Shown: positions 26,808-35,134 of the stretch, one piece after another
Position numbering within the stretch: the first letter of the stretch is position 1
How the letters are laid out: each line of letters opens with the position of its first letter
IMG/VR virus record: IMGVR_UViG_3300031951_000045
From: an uncultured virus (IMG/VR IMGVR_UViG_3300031951_000045)
Lineage: Duplodnaviria; Heunggongvirae; Uroviricota; Caudoviricetes
DNA length: 53,891 bases
Direction: 5' to 3' (one strand)
Notes under the pieces: generated by a model
The model's input: only the letters and a program-made list of their open reading frames with translations
The model's database searches: none
What the model was told of the DNA's origin: nothing
Translations under genes and position numbers: made by a program

Positions 26808-26845
26808 ATAGGAGGGGCAATACCCCTCCTATTTTTTTATAAATA
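26808..26845 (+). terminator. Terminator followed by a late promoter
   Basis: ATAGGAGGGG-caata-CCCCTCCTAT plus T tract; TATAAATA at 26838-45. Confidence 0.88.
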
Positions 26846-26865
26846 ACTAAAAACAGTCTAAAAAG

Positions 26866-28251
26866 ATGTCTTTAAGAAATTCATATAAAAGTTTTTATAC
26901 TGAAGGTGTTGCAGCAGAACATCCAGATATTGCGGGACAAAAAGAATTTGCAAATAAGGCAGATGCTGAAATTGCTCGTAGAAGAGCAGCAAGAGCAAAG
27001 AAAGCAGGACCACAACTTCCTGGTTTTGTTGCGTCAGTAAAGAAAGAAGAAGTTGAAGTAAATGAAGCACACTGGAATCCAGTAACAAAAAAAATTCAGG
27101 ATAAACCACCATCAAAGGAAGAAATTGAATCTTTGGCAGCAAAAGCAAGAACTAAGAAAAAAGTAAGAAAACCACAAGGTTCTATTCGTAAAACTAGTGG
27201 AACATTTAAACCATCATCACCAGAAGAAGCAAAAGCAAATAAAGCATCTTGGGGTGACTATTGGAGTTCTGCAGCAAAAGGTTACAAAGAGGAATATGTA
27301 AATGAAAAAATTGACGTAGGTGCTGATGTCAGTAAAACAATTAGTGATTTCGTTCATTCAAAGAGCAAAACCTTCAAAGGTGATAGTAAGAAGCAAAGAA
27401 TTAAGAGAGCACTTGGTGCTTATTATGCAGCACAAAGAGAAGAAACAGAAAACATTTATAATTATGTAATTGAAACTTTAGTTGATGCTGACTTCGCAGA
27501 AAGTTATGAAGCAGCAGAAGTAATGTTTGAACATATTAGTGATGAGTTTACTGCAGCAATTCTTGAGGAATATATTGAAGAAAAGGCAAGAGGAACCAGA
27601 AAGAAAACAACAGTTCACGCATATGACGTTGATGAAACCTTATTTGGGCACGGCAAAAAGGGCAAACCAAATGTTCAGGTTCACGTTAAAGACGCATCAG
27701 GAAAAAGAGTTAAGAGTCTAAGCAACCAAGAGTTCAATACTCATAAGTTGGAGAAGGGTCATTCTTATGACTTTAGTGAGTTCCAGAGTGCTAAGAAGTT
27801 CAAAGAAACTTCAAGTCCAAATAAAAAAGTAATCAAGGATATTAAGAGAAAGCAGGCAAGAGGACAAAATGTTCATCTTATTACTGCTCGTTCTAAGTTT
27901 GATAAACCAAGTGAATTCCAAGGTCATCTCAAGAAGCACGGTGTTGATGTAGATAAGTCAAAGATTCACTATACTGGTGGGATGAAAGGTGGTGATATTG
28001 GTAAGAAGAAAGTGGATGTTGCGAATGCAGTAGCAAAGCAAAGTGGGGCTAAGAGCATTCATATGTATGATGATGCTGCAAAAGTTCATAAGGCATTTGA
28101 AAAAGAAAAGAAAGAAGCACCAACATCAAAGAAAATCAAAACACATATGGTTGCACCAGATAAAAAAGGTGAATCAAGAGTTCGTTCTTATCAAGCAACT
28201 AAGAACGAAGAAATGAGTTCTTACGAGTACTGGAAACAATTTATTGATTGA
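26866..28251 (+). CDS. Modular late protein with C-terminal HAD-superfamily domain
   Basis: HAD motifs YDVDETLF, LITARS, K, MYDD; late promoter upstream. Confidence 0.72.
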   Translation: MSLRNSYKSFYTEGVAAEHPDIAGQKEFANKADAEIARRRAARAKKAGPQLPGFVASVKKEEVEVNEAHWNPVTKKIQDKPPSKEEIESLAAKARTKKKVRKPQGSIRKTSGTFKPSSPEEAKANKASWGDYWSSAAKGYKEEYVNEKIDVGADVSKTISDFVHSKSKTFKGDSKKQRIKRALGAYYAAQREETENIYNYVIETLVDADFAESYEAAEVMFEHISDEFTAAILEEYIEEKARGTRKKTTVHAYDVDETLFGHGKKGKPNVQVHVKDASGKRVKSLSNQEFNTHKLEKGHSYDFSEFQSAKKFKETSSPNKKVIKDIKRKQARGQNVHLITARSKFDKPSEFQGHLKKHGVDVDKSKIHYTGGMKGGDIGKKKVDVANAVAKQSGAKSIHMYDDAAKVHKAFEKEKKEAPTSKKIKTHMVAPDKKGESRVRSYQATKNEEMSSYEYWKQFID

Positions 28252-28288
28252 TAAATAAGTATAGAAAAGTACTTTTTATTACTAAAAA

Positions 28289-29836
28289 ATGAATAAGCAG
28301 GACTTGGATGCTTTAGCAAACTTGTATGGGGAAGTTTATTATCCTCAGGATGTAGAGCAACTTGATGAAATTTCTGTTAATTTTGGAGGACAAGCAGCAG
28401 TTGATAAAGTTAGATCGCAAATGGCAGCACAAAGAAATATTAATGCAACAAATCAAAGAGCACAGTTGGGAGTAGTAAAAACAAATAAAGGATATATTGC
28501 AAAACCTGGAGAAACTTCATATGACCCAGAAAAGGGTGCTGAAGCAATAAGACTTGCGAATAGATTGAATAGAGAAACTGGTTTGGGTAAACCTCAGGCA
28601 CCAAGACCAGCAGGTTCTCCTCCACAAAGACCAGCAGCAGGTTCAGGTTCAACACCTCCATCAAGACCAGCAGCATCTTCAACGGTGCTTGCAAAACAAA
28701 AAGGAGTTGAAGGGAAATTAGATAAAGCAACTGGTAAGTTTACTGCTGGTGCTTTTAGTGGTGCAGAGAAGTCCCGTTATGCAAGTGTTGCCGCACAAAA
28801 TGCAGCAAGGAATTCTGCATCATCGGCACCAAAACCTCCAACACCAGCAGTTGGAAAGTTGGGAAATACTTCATTTGAAAGAAGAACTCCAACATCTGCT
28901 GAATTAAGAGCAGCACAATCAGCAAGAGCAAGTGGTGCGTCTCCAGAAAAAGCACTTCAAGCAGCACAAAAAACCAATCTTCCAACTCAAGGTCCTACTC
29001 CTGCAATCCCTGATTTGAAAAGTATAAATGCAGATTTAGCAAAAGCAAACTCTCCTGCTGTTATAAATAGACCAGCACCAGCAGGTACTGCACTTGCAGC
29101 ACAACAATCACAACAAAAAAAACCCCCAACTCCAGGAACAGGAGCAATAAAACCAATGACGCAAAAATCATCTTACGAATGGCCTTCTGCTAAAACAATT
29201 AAAGATATTGCAGATGCTTATTCATCAATTTACGAAGCAAAGAAAAAAGTAGACCAAGATAAAGATGGTGATAATGACTTTGCTGATGTAAGAATTGCAA
29301 GAATGGTTGCTTCTGGTGTTCCCAAAGAAGTAGCAATCGCAAAGGTAAGAAATAAATCATATAATGAAGAAGTTGAGATTGACGAAGCAACTGCAATGGC
29401 TAAGAAAGGTTATGATGAAACTGCAATCCGTAATAAGATTGCAAAATCAACAGGTGGTGGAAAATCTGCTGATAGAGCAACTGCACTTGAAAACAGACCA
29501 ACTTATGGAGATAGTGCAAAGCAAAAAGCAAGACAAAATCTTGCCAGAGCACAAAGAGGTGATTTCCGTAAGACAACTTCTTCAAATCCTGGTCTTCACG
29601 GATACGCTCACAAGTCTAATGACCCTGCCGTAAAAGCAAAGCAGGCAGCAAGAGGAGCACAAAGAGGTGCTCTGACCCCTAGAGAGAAAAAGCAACTCAA
29701 TAGAGAGGCATATGAAGCATATGAATTTGTAGTATCACATCTTCTTGAAAATAACTTTGCATCAACAGTTGAGGATGCAAATATAATTATCAACAATATG
29801 AGTGAAGTTTGGTTCAATCATATTATGGAAGGTTGA
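28289..29836 (+). CDS. Modular Ala/Pro/Lys-rich late protein
   Basis: GATAAATA upstream; DQDKDGDNDFAD EF-hand-like loop; C-terminal module similar to one in 26866..28251. Confidence 0.72.
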   Translation: MNKQDLDALANLYGEVYYPQDVEQLDEISVNFGGQAAVDKVRSQMAAQRNINATNQRAQLGVVKTNKGYIAKPGETSYDPEKGAEAIRLANRLNRETGLGKPQAPRPAGSPPQRPAAGSGSTPPSRPAASSTVLAKQKGVEGKLDKATGKFTAGAFSGAEKSRYASVAAQNAARNSASSAPKPPTPAVGKLGNTSFERRTPTSAELRAAQSARASGASPEKALQAAQKTNLPTQGPTPAIPDLKSINADLAKANSPAVINRPAPAGTALAAQQSQQKKPPTPGTGAIKPMTQKSSYEWPSAKTIKDIADAYSSIYEAKKKVDQDKDGDNDFADVRIARMVASGVPKEVAIAKVRNKSYNEEVEIDEATAMAKKGYDETAIRNKIAKSTGGGKSADRATALENRPTYGDSAKQKARQNLARAQRGDFRKTTSSNPGLHGYAHKSNDPAVKAKQAARGAQRGALTPREKKQLNREAYEAYEFVVSHLLENNFASTVEDANIIINNMSEVWFNHIMEG

Positions 29837-29855
29837 TATAATATTACAATTCATT

Positions 29856-29892
29856 AAGGCACCTTGACAGGTGCTTTTTTTATGACTATAAT
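29856..29892 (+). terminator. Terminator with a consensus sigma70 promoter embedded
   Basis: AAGGCACCT-tgac-AGGTGCTTT plus T tract; TTGACA (29864)-17nt-TATAAT (29887). Confidence 0.8.
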
Positions 29893-29955
29893 CACTCTGT
29901 TAGGGTTGAAGATAAGTTATACCTATAAATAACTTGAATATTATTAGGAACCCGA

Positions 29956-30393
29956 ATGAGTTATGAAAACCCTTGGAGATATCAAGGAAGGATATTTGAA
30001 TCAGAAGATATTCAAGATTATTTTGGGTTTGTTTATTTAATTGAATGTTCTCAAACTAACAGAAAATATTTGGGTAGAAAATACTTTTGGTCTTTTAGAA
30101 CTCCCAAAGGAAAGAAAAGAAAAGTAAAACAAGAATCAGATTGGAAAAATTATTATGGTTCTTGTCCTGAGTTAAAAGAAGATATAAAAAAAATAGGAAA
30201 GGATAAGTTTCAAAGAACTATTTTATCACTTCATAAAACTGTTGGTAAAACCAACTATGAAGAAACAAGGCAATTGTTCTTAAACAATGTCTTAACTGAG
30301 TCTCTTGACAATGGGTTTCCTGCGTATTATAATTCGAATATACTTTCGAGATATTTTAGGAAGGATTACTTCAATGAAGATTCACGCCAATAA
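29956..30393 (+). CDS. GIY-YIG family nuclease (short, single domain)
   Basis: GFVYLI..RKYLGRK..WKNYYGS..FQRTIL..E..YYN.NI; TATAAATA at 29924. Confidence 0.75.
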   Translation: MSYENPWRYQGRIFESEDIQDYFGFVYLIECSQTNRKYLGRKYFWSFRTPKGKKRKVKQESDWKNYYGSCPELKEDIKKIGKDKFQRTILSLHKTVGKTNYEETRQLFLNNVLTESLDNGFPAYYNSNILSRYFRKDYFNEDSRQ

Positions 30394-30571
30394 AATGTGT
30401 AATGATGTGATTGATAATCATATTAATCGTATGCATTTTTTGTGTGATGAAAAAAGAATTAGAGATGCTGAAAGTGTCTATAGTGAAATTCGTGATTGGG
30501 TAATTCAAAAAGAAAATCTTGAAGTGTTATCTTTAGAATATATCAGTGATTATTTTGTAGATTTTGAGTAA
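30374..30571 (+). CDS. Hypothetical protein
   Basis: 65 aa from ATG 30374, overlapping the previous gene. Confidence 0.55.
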   Translation: MKIHANKMCNDVIDNHINRMHFLCDEKRIRDAESVYSEIRDWVIQKENLEVLSLEYISDYFVDFE

Positions 30572-30661
30572 AATCTAAATAATCTGATATAATGAAAAAA
30601 TCCTTAAGGATTCCTATTATGAGTAGGTTTTTATAAAATGAGTTTTTGACTGTGAAAATTA

Positions 30662-30724
30662 GAGCCGTGGAAGGTGCCTCCCGAGAGGGTTGGTGTACCC
30701 CCCTTCTATACGGATGTAGAGTTC
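30662..30724 (+). ncRNA. GC-rich structured leader RNA upstream of lysozyme gene
   Basis: Nested stems CCGTGGAAGG/CCTTCTATACGG, GTGCC/GGTGT and CCC-GAGA-GGG in AT-rich intergenic DNA. Confidence 0.5.
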
Positions 30725-30735
30725 AATTAATTTAA

Positions 30736-31383
30736 ATGCAAAACATCTTTACTGTAGCCCTGCCTCTTCTGGCATCGGTTACAACCAGTACGGCATCACT
30801 GCCATTCGTCAACTACAAGATGAAAAGTCCTCCTCCCCCGTTGGAAGAGACAATTAAATTGAATCTTGTAGATGAAAAGAAGACAGCAATCCGAGAGGTT
30901 GCTCCCGAAAAACCAAAAGAGAAAAGGCTAATTTGTAAAGGGTGTTCAGAACATGAACAACTTGCTGTGGATTATTTCCAAGAGCAAGGAATTAAAGACA
31001 GAAACGCCCTTGCTACTATCCTGGGCAATATTAAGCAAGAATCTATGTTCGTGCCTAATATTTGTGAAGGTGGTAGTAGGACTCAGTACCATCACTGCGG
31101 TCGTGGTTATGGTCTGATCCAATGGACATCTGCCGATCGTTATTATGGATTGGGTGATTTTGCTAAGAGATTTGGTGGAAATCCATCATCTCTTCAAACG
31201 CAACTTGGTTATCTAACGACTGAGGTTCAGTGGAAACGAATTGCTGATAGGATGAAAACTCCTGGAAAATCTATCAATCGTTACATGGACTATGCGTATA
31301 GTTGGATTGGTTGGGGCATTCATGGTGCTCGCACATCATATGCTCATGAATATGCTAACCGACTGATCACGGTAGAAGTTTGA
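30736..31383 (+). CDS. Phage tail lysozyme-like muralytic protein with signal-peptide-like N-terminus
   Basis: ALATILGNIKQES..GYGLIQWT..QLGYL motifs. Confidence 0.8.
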   Translation: MQNIFTVALPLLASVTTSTASLPFVNYKMKSPPPPLEETIKLNLVDEKKTAIREVAPEKPKEKRLICKGCSEHEQLAVDYFQEQGIKDRNALATILGNIKQESMFVPNICEGGSRTQYHHCGRGYGLIQWTSADRYYGLGDFAKRFGGNPSSLQTQLGYLTTEVQWKRIADRMKTPGKSINRYMDYAYSWIGWGIHGARTSYAHEYANRLITVEV

Positions 31384-31439
31384 CACAATAGAATAATATG
31401 GGGGGTCAATATAAATCCCCCCTCTTAAACAAATTTTAA

Positions 31440-31468
31440 TTGACATAATACAAAAGTTGATTTATGAT
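31440..31468 (+). promoter_or_regulatory. Sigma70-type promoter of porin gene
   Basis: TTGACA-17nt-TATGAT. Confidence 0.7.
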
Positions 31469-31565
31469 GTTGGTCATCTTAAGATTTGCTTAAGACGAAT
31501 AAATAACGAAGATTTGCTTTGTTGTAAATCTTCACAATGTCGTTTAGTACACAAAAAACATTTTT

Positions 31566-33065
31566 ATGAAAATCAAACAACTGATGTTTGCACCTGTTGC
31601 TCTTGGTATGGTTGCTCCTGCTTTTGCGAATGCCGCAGATCTTAATATGGCAGCAGTCAATCAATATTCCAGTTCAGAACAAGTCTCAAGTATCACTCAA
31701 TTGTCTGATGTAAAGCCTACTGATTGGGCATATCAGGCACTCAGCAATCTTGTCGAACGTTACGGTTGCGTTGCTGGTTATGAAAACGGAACTTACCTTG
31801 GTGGTAAGGCAATGACCCGGTTTGAGGCAGCAGCACTTCTGAATGCTTGTCTGGATCGTGTAACTGAAGTTACCGATGAACTCAGTCGTCTTTCGAAAGA
31901 GTTTGCTGATGAACTACTTGTCATTCGTGGTCGTGTTGCCAAACTAGAAACACAGGTTGGTCAACTTCAGGCAACTCAGTTTTCTACTACTACCAAACTC
32001 AAAGGTGAAGCAACCTTTGTTCTTGGTGGTGTAGAAGGTGCTCGTCTTGCTAATGGAACCAATGTTGGAAATACTGCATTCAACTATGATGTTCGTCTAA
32101 ACTTTGACACTTCCTTCACTGGTAAGGATTTGCTGAAGACTCGTCTGCGTTCTGGCAACTTCTCTTCACAACCTTTTGGTTCTTCTTCTTCTCTGTTCAA
32201 ACTGGACAAGGCAGAAAGTCTTGCAAATGCAGTGCAACTTGACCGTCTTTACTACAGTTTCCCCGCACTTGCTAAAGGTGTGACTCTGACTGCCGGTGCT
32301 CTGGTTCGTAACACTGAGATGGCATGGACTCCTAGTGCTTACAAGTCTGATATTCTGGACTTCTTTGCTGTTGCTGGTGCTCCTGGTGTCTATAACAAGG
32401 CAACTGGTTCTGGTTTTGGTATTCAGTATGCTCAACCTGGTAAGAAGGGTGGTATTGTTGCTGGTCTGAACTATGTTGCTCAGAATGGTAATGATAGTTC
32501 CAAGGGTCAATTTGATGAGACTGGTGCTCTGAACACTCTTGCTCAGATTGGTTATCGTGCTCCTCAGTATGGTATTGCATTTGGTTATCGTTATGGAACC
32601 GAAGGCACTCGTGTTCGTACCTTCAATGCTATTAACGGTGGTTCTGGTGCTCTTGCTTCTGGTCAATCTTCCAACAGCTATGCTATCAATGCTTACTGGC
32701 AACCTAAGAAGTCTGGTATTGTACCTTCAATCTCAGGTGCTTATGGTTGGAATGATGTTAGCCTGAATTCTCTTGGTAAGACAACTCCTACTGGTGCTAC
32801 CAACTCCCAGACCTGGTTTGCTGGTCTTCAGTGGAGTGATGTGTTTGCTAAGGGAAATGCTGCTGGTTTTGCCATCGGTGCTCCTGGTAATGCTGCTTCA
32901 CTTACTGATAGTCAGAAGGCTCTGATGTGGGAAGCTTTCTATCGTTACAAAGTCAGCGATAACATTAGCATCACTCCTGCTGTGTTTTATGTTTCCAACA
33001 ATCAAGGACTCAAGAATGCTTCAGATAACTATGGTGGTGTGATTCAGACGACTTTTAGGTTTTGA
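31566..33065 (+). CDS. Cyanobacterial outer-membrane porin (Som/OprB-type with SLH domain)
   Basis: Signal peptide, SLH motif DVKPTDWAYQAL..LVERYGC..TRFEAAALLNACL, coiled coil, QFSTTTKLKGE, beta strands, terminal F. Confidence 0.93.
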   Translation: MKIKQLMFAPVALGMVAPAFANAADLNMAAVNQYSSSEQVSSITQLSDVKPTDWAYQALSNLVERYGCVAGYENGTYLGGKAMTRFEAAALLNACLDRVTEVTDELSRLSKEFADELLVIRGRVAKLETQVGQLQATQFSTTTKLKGEATFVLGGVEGARLANGTNVGNTAFNYDVRLNFDTSFTGKDLLKTRLRSGNFSSQPFGSSSSLFKLDKAESLANAVQLDRLYYSFPALAKGVTLTAGALVRNTEMAWTPSAYKSDILDFFAVAGAPGVYNKATGSGFGIQYAQPGKKGGIVAGLNYVAQNGNDSSKGQFDETGALNTLAQIGYRAPQYGIAFGYRYGTEGTRVRTFNAINGGSGALASGQSSNSYAINAYWQPKKSGIVPSISGAYGWNDVSLNSLGKTTPTGATNSQTWFAGLQWSDVFAKGNAAGFAIGAPGNAASLTDSQKALMWEAFYRYKVSDNISITPAVFYVSNNQGLKNASDNYGGVIQTTFRF

Positions 33066-33087
33066 TAAGTACTCATAAGATGATTGG

Positions 33088-33130
33088 AACCACCCCTTTC
33101 TGGGGTGGTTTTTTTTAACTAGTATAAATA
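33088..33130 (+). terminator. Terminator followed by a late promoter
   Basis: AACCACCCC-tttct-GGGGTGGTT plus T tract; TATAAATA at 33123-30. Confidence 0.88.
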
Positions 33131-33167
33131 AGTAAAATATTTTGAAATTTATTTATAGGATTGGAAT

Positions 33168-33425
33168 ATGGAAAATATAAAAATTAGATGTCGTTCTTGT
33201 GGAAAAGAATTGGAGGGGCATCCAATAAAAACTATAACTTGTGGTTGTCCAAATATGGCAACTATTCGTGGTGGAGTCATTACAGCATTAGATTTATCTA
33301 ATATAGTAATGCTGAATTTTTTTCACACCAAAGAAAAAAATAATGTATTGACAAATGAAGACATTGCTTGGCAAGAAGCACGTCGTCAAAGGAAAGTAGG
33401 ACGATTGGATTTTGAAGTTCGTTGA
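33168..33425 (+). CDS. Small zinc-ribbon protein
   Basis: CRSC..CGCPN motifs. Confidence 0.7.
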   Translation: MENIKIRCRSCGKELEGHPIKTITCGCPNMATIRGGVITALDLSNIVMLNFFHTKEKNNVLTNEDIAWQEARRQRKVGRLDFEVR

Positions 33426-33539
33426 TATAAGTTTTGTAAAGTACTTTACATTTTTTTAATGTCTGTTTGGTAATCAACACAAACTTGACAACCATAATGT
33501 GCTGATTATTATAACTAATAATATTCAACTTAAAACCCT

Positions 33540-33689
33540 ATGGATCAGCACACCTATGATAATTGGGTGAAGATTAAGGCAACTTTTGAATCTTCTGGCA
33601 ATACTGACAATATGTTCTACAAGAGGGCAGTTGAAATTGTAAAGACCAGAAGAGACCCTCTGGCAAAGTTTCTTGGTGATGAAAAATGA
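33540..33689 (+). CDS. Small hypothetical protein (49 aa, not in ORF track)
   Basis: MDQHTYDNWVKIKATFESSGNTDNMFYKRAVEIVKTRRDPLAKFLGDEK; coupled to the next ORF. Confidence 0.7.
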   Translation: MDQHTYDNWVKIKATFESSGNTDNMFYKRAVEIVKTRRDPLAKFLGDEK

Positions 33690-33889
33690 TGTATGAGCAA
33701 GAAGAGTTTATTACACGCACAGAAGTTCAGGAGATGATCGATGCTTCTATACGAAGACACAACCGTAATGCTTCTATCATTAGTATGTGCGTCGGTTGGG
33801 TGGTTCTTGCTCTATTTGCTGAGGGACTTTTAAGGTTGATTGGTGTTATTCCACCATTACTTCCATTTCTTAAAATTACTCTAAACTAA
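33686..33889 (+). CDS. Small membrane protein
   Basis: EVQEMID..IRRHNRNAS followed by a hydrophobic segment. Confidence 0.7.
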   Translation: MMYEQEEFITRTEVQEMIDASIRRHNRNASIISMCVGWVVLALFAEGLLRLIGVIPPLLPFLKITLN

Positions 33890-33898
33890 TCTTTTTAT

Positions 33899-34003
33899 AT
33901 GGAAAAAGAAAATATGAGTAGCACAATATTTTCAGCAATGATTATTTTTGGTATAATCGGACTATTCATTGTTTGGGCACTCAATCACGCATATCCACAA
34001 TGA
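33899..34003 (+). CDS. Small single-TM peptide (34 aa, not in ORF track)
   Basis: [34 protein letters not shown]. Confidence 0.55.
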   Translation: MEKENMSSTIFSAMIIFGIIGLFIVWALNHAYPQ

Positions 34004-34122
34004 TTTTTCATATTGTAGAAGCACTTGCAGATAGTCCAATATGGTTAGGACTTTGTGGAGCAGGTTTGACTATTGCTCCGATTATTGGTATAATGATAAT
34101 TCACAGATCACCTAAAAAGTAA
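34000..34122 (+). CDS. Small single-TM peptide (40 aa, not in ORF track)
   Basis: ATGA coupling; [40 protein letters not shown]. Confidence 0.6.
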   Translation: MIFHIVEALADSPIWLGLCGAGLTIAPIIGIMIIHRSPKK

Positions 34123-34132
34123 TATTTTTTTC

Positions 34133-35134
34133 ATGAAAATAGCATTAATCACTGGCATTACTGGGCAGGATGGTTCTTATCTTGCTGAATTACTTTTAGG
34201 AAAAGGATATGAAGTTCATGGTATTATTAGGAGGTCTTCTCTTATTAATACTTATAGAATTGATCATATTTACAATCACATTAAATTGCATTATGGAGAC
34301 CTCACAGACTCAACAAATCTTGTAAGGGTGATTCAGCAAGTTCAACCAGATGAGATTTATAATCTAGGTGCTCAGAGTCATGTGAAGGTTTCTTTTGAGA
34401 TGCCTGAATATACAGGACAAACAGATGCATTGGGGACTCTTCGTATTCTTGAAGCAGTTCGTTTGCTTGGGATGGAGGATAAAGTTCGTATCTATCAAGC
34501 ATCTACATCTGAGATGTTTGGATTGGTTCAAGAAATACCACAAAAAGAAACAACACCATTCTATCCTCGTTCTCCCTATGGGTGTGCTAAAGTTTATGGG
34601 TATTGGATTACTAAAAATTATCGTGAAGCATATGGAATGTATGCTTGCACGGGGATTCTTTTTAATCATGAATCTCCTCGCAGGGGTGAGACATTTGTTA
34701 CAAGAAAAGTTGTAAGAGCATTATCTAAAATTTCTGTCGGACTTCAAGATTGTTTATATCTTGGTAATTTAAATGCTAAAAGAGATTGGGGACATGCAAA
34801 AGATTTTGTGGAAGCAATGTGGTTAATGCTTCAGCAAGATAACCCTGATGATTATGTAATTGCAACAGGGAAACAATATTCAGTTAAAGAATTTGTAAAT
34901 GCTGCCGGTCCTTATTTTGGTCTTCATATTGAATGGAAAGGTGAGGGGTTGGATGAAGTTGGAGTTGAAAAGTTTAGTGGAAAACCAATCATTCGTGTTG
35001 ATTCTAAATATTTTAGACCGACTGAAGTAGAGACTTTATTGGGTGATGCTACAAAAGCAAAGGAAAAATTAGGTTGGGAACCTCAAATTTCATTTGAGCA
35101 ATTAGTTGAGGATATGTGTATTCATGGACAATAA
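34133..35134 (+). CDS. gmd: GDP-mannose 4,6-dehydratase
   Basis: [49 protein letters not shown]. Confidence 0.97.
   Translation: MKIALITGITGQDGSYLAELLLGKGYEVHGIIRRSSLINTYRIDHIYNHIKLHYGDLTDSTNLVRVIQQVQPDEIYNLGAQSHVKVSFEMPEYTGQTDALGTLRILEAVRLLGMEDKVRIYQASTSEMFGLVQEIPQKETTPFYPRSPYGCAKVYGYWITKNYREAYGMYACTGILFNHESPRRGETFVTRKVVRALSKISVGLQDCLYLGNLNAKRDWGHAKDFVEAMWLMLQQDNPDDYVIATGKQYSVKEFVNAAGPYFGLHIEWKGEGLDEVGVEKFSGKPIIRVDSKYFRPTEVETLLGDATKAKEKLGWEPQISFEQLVEDMCIHGQ

Noticed and set aside
31400..31422. G6/C6 hairpin after the lysozyme gene as a firm terminator
   Set aside because: Long loop and weak T tract; plausible but not well enough supported to list as a feature.
33425..34133. tRNA genes or a wcaG-type RNA motif near gmd/fcl
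   Set aside because: No T-loop/cloverleaf or convincing structured motif seen by eye; tRNAscan and Rfam searches would settle it.
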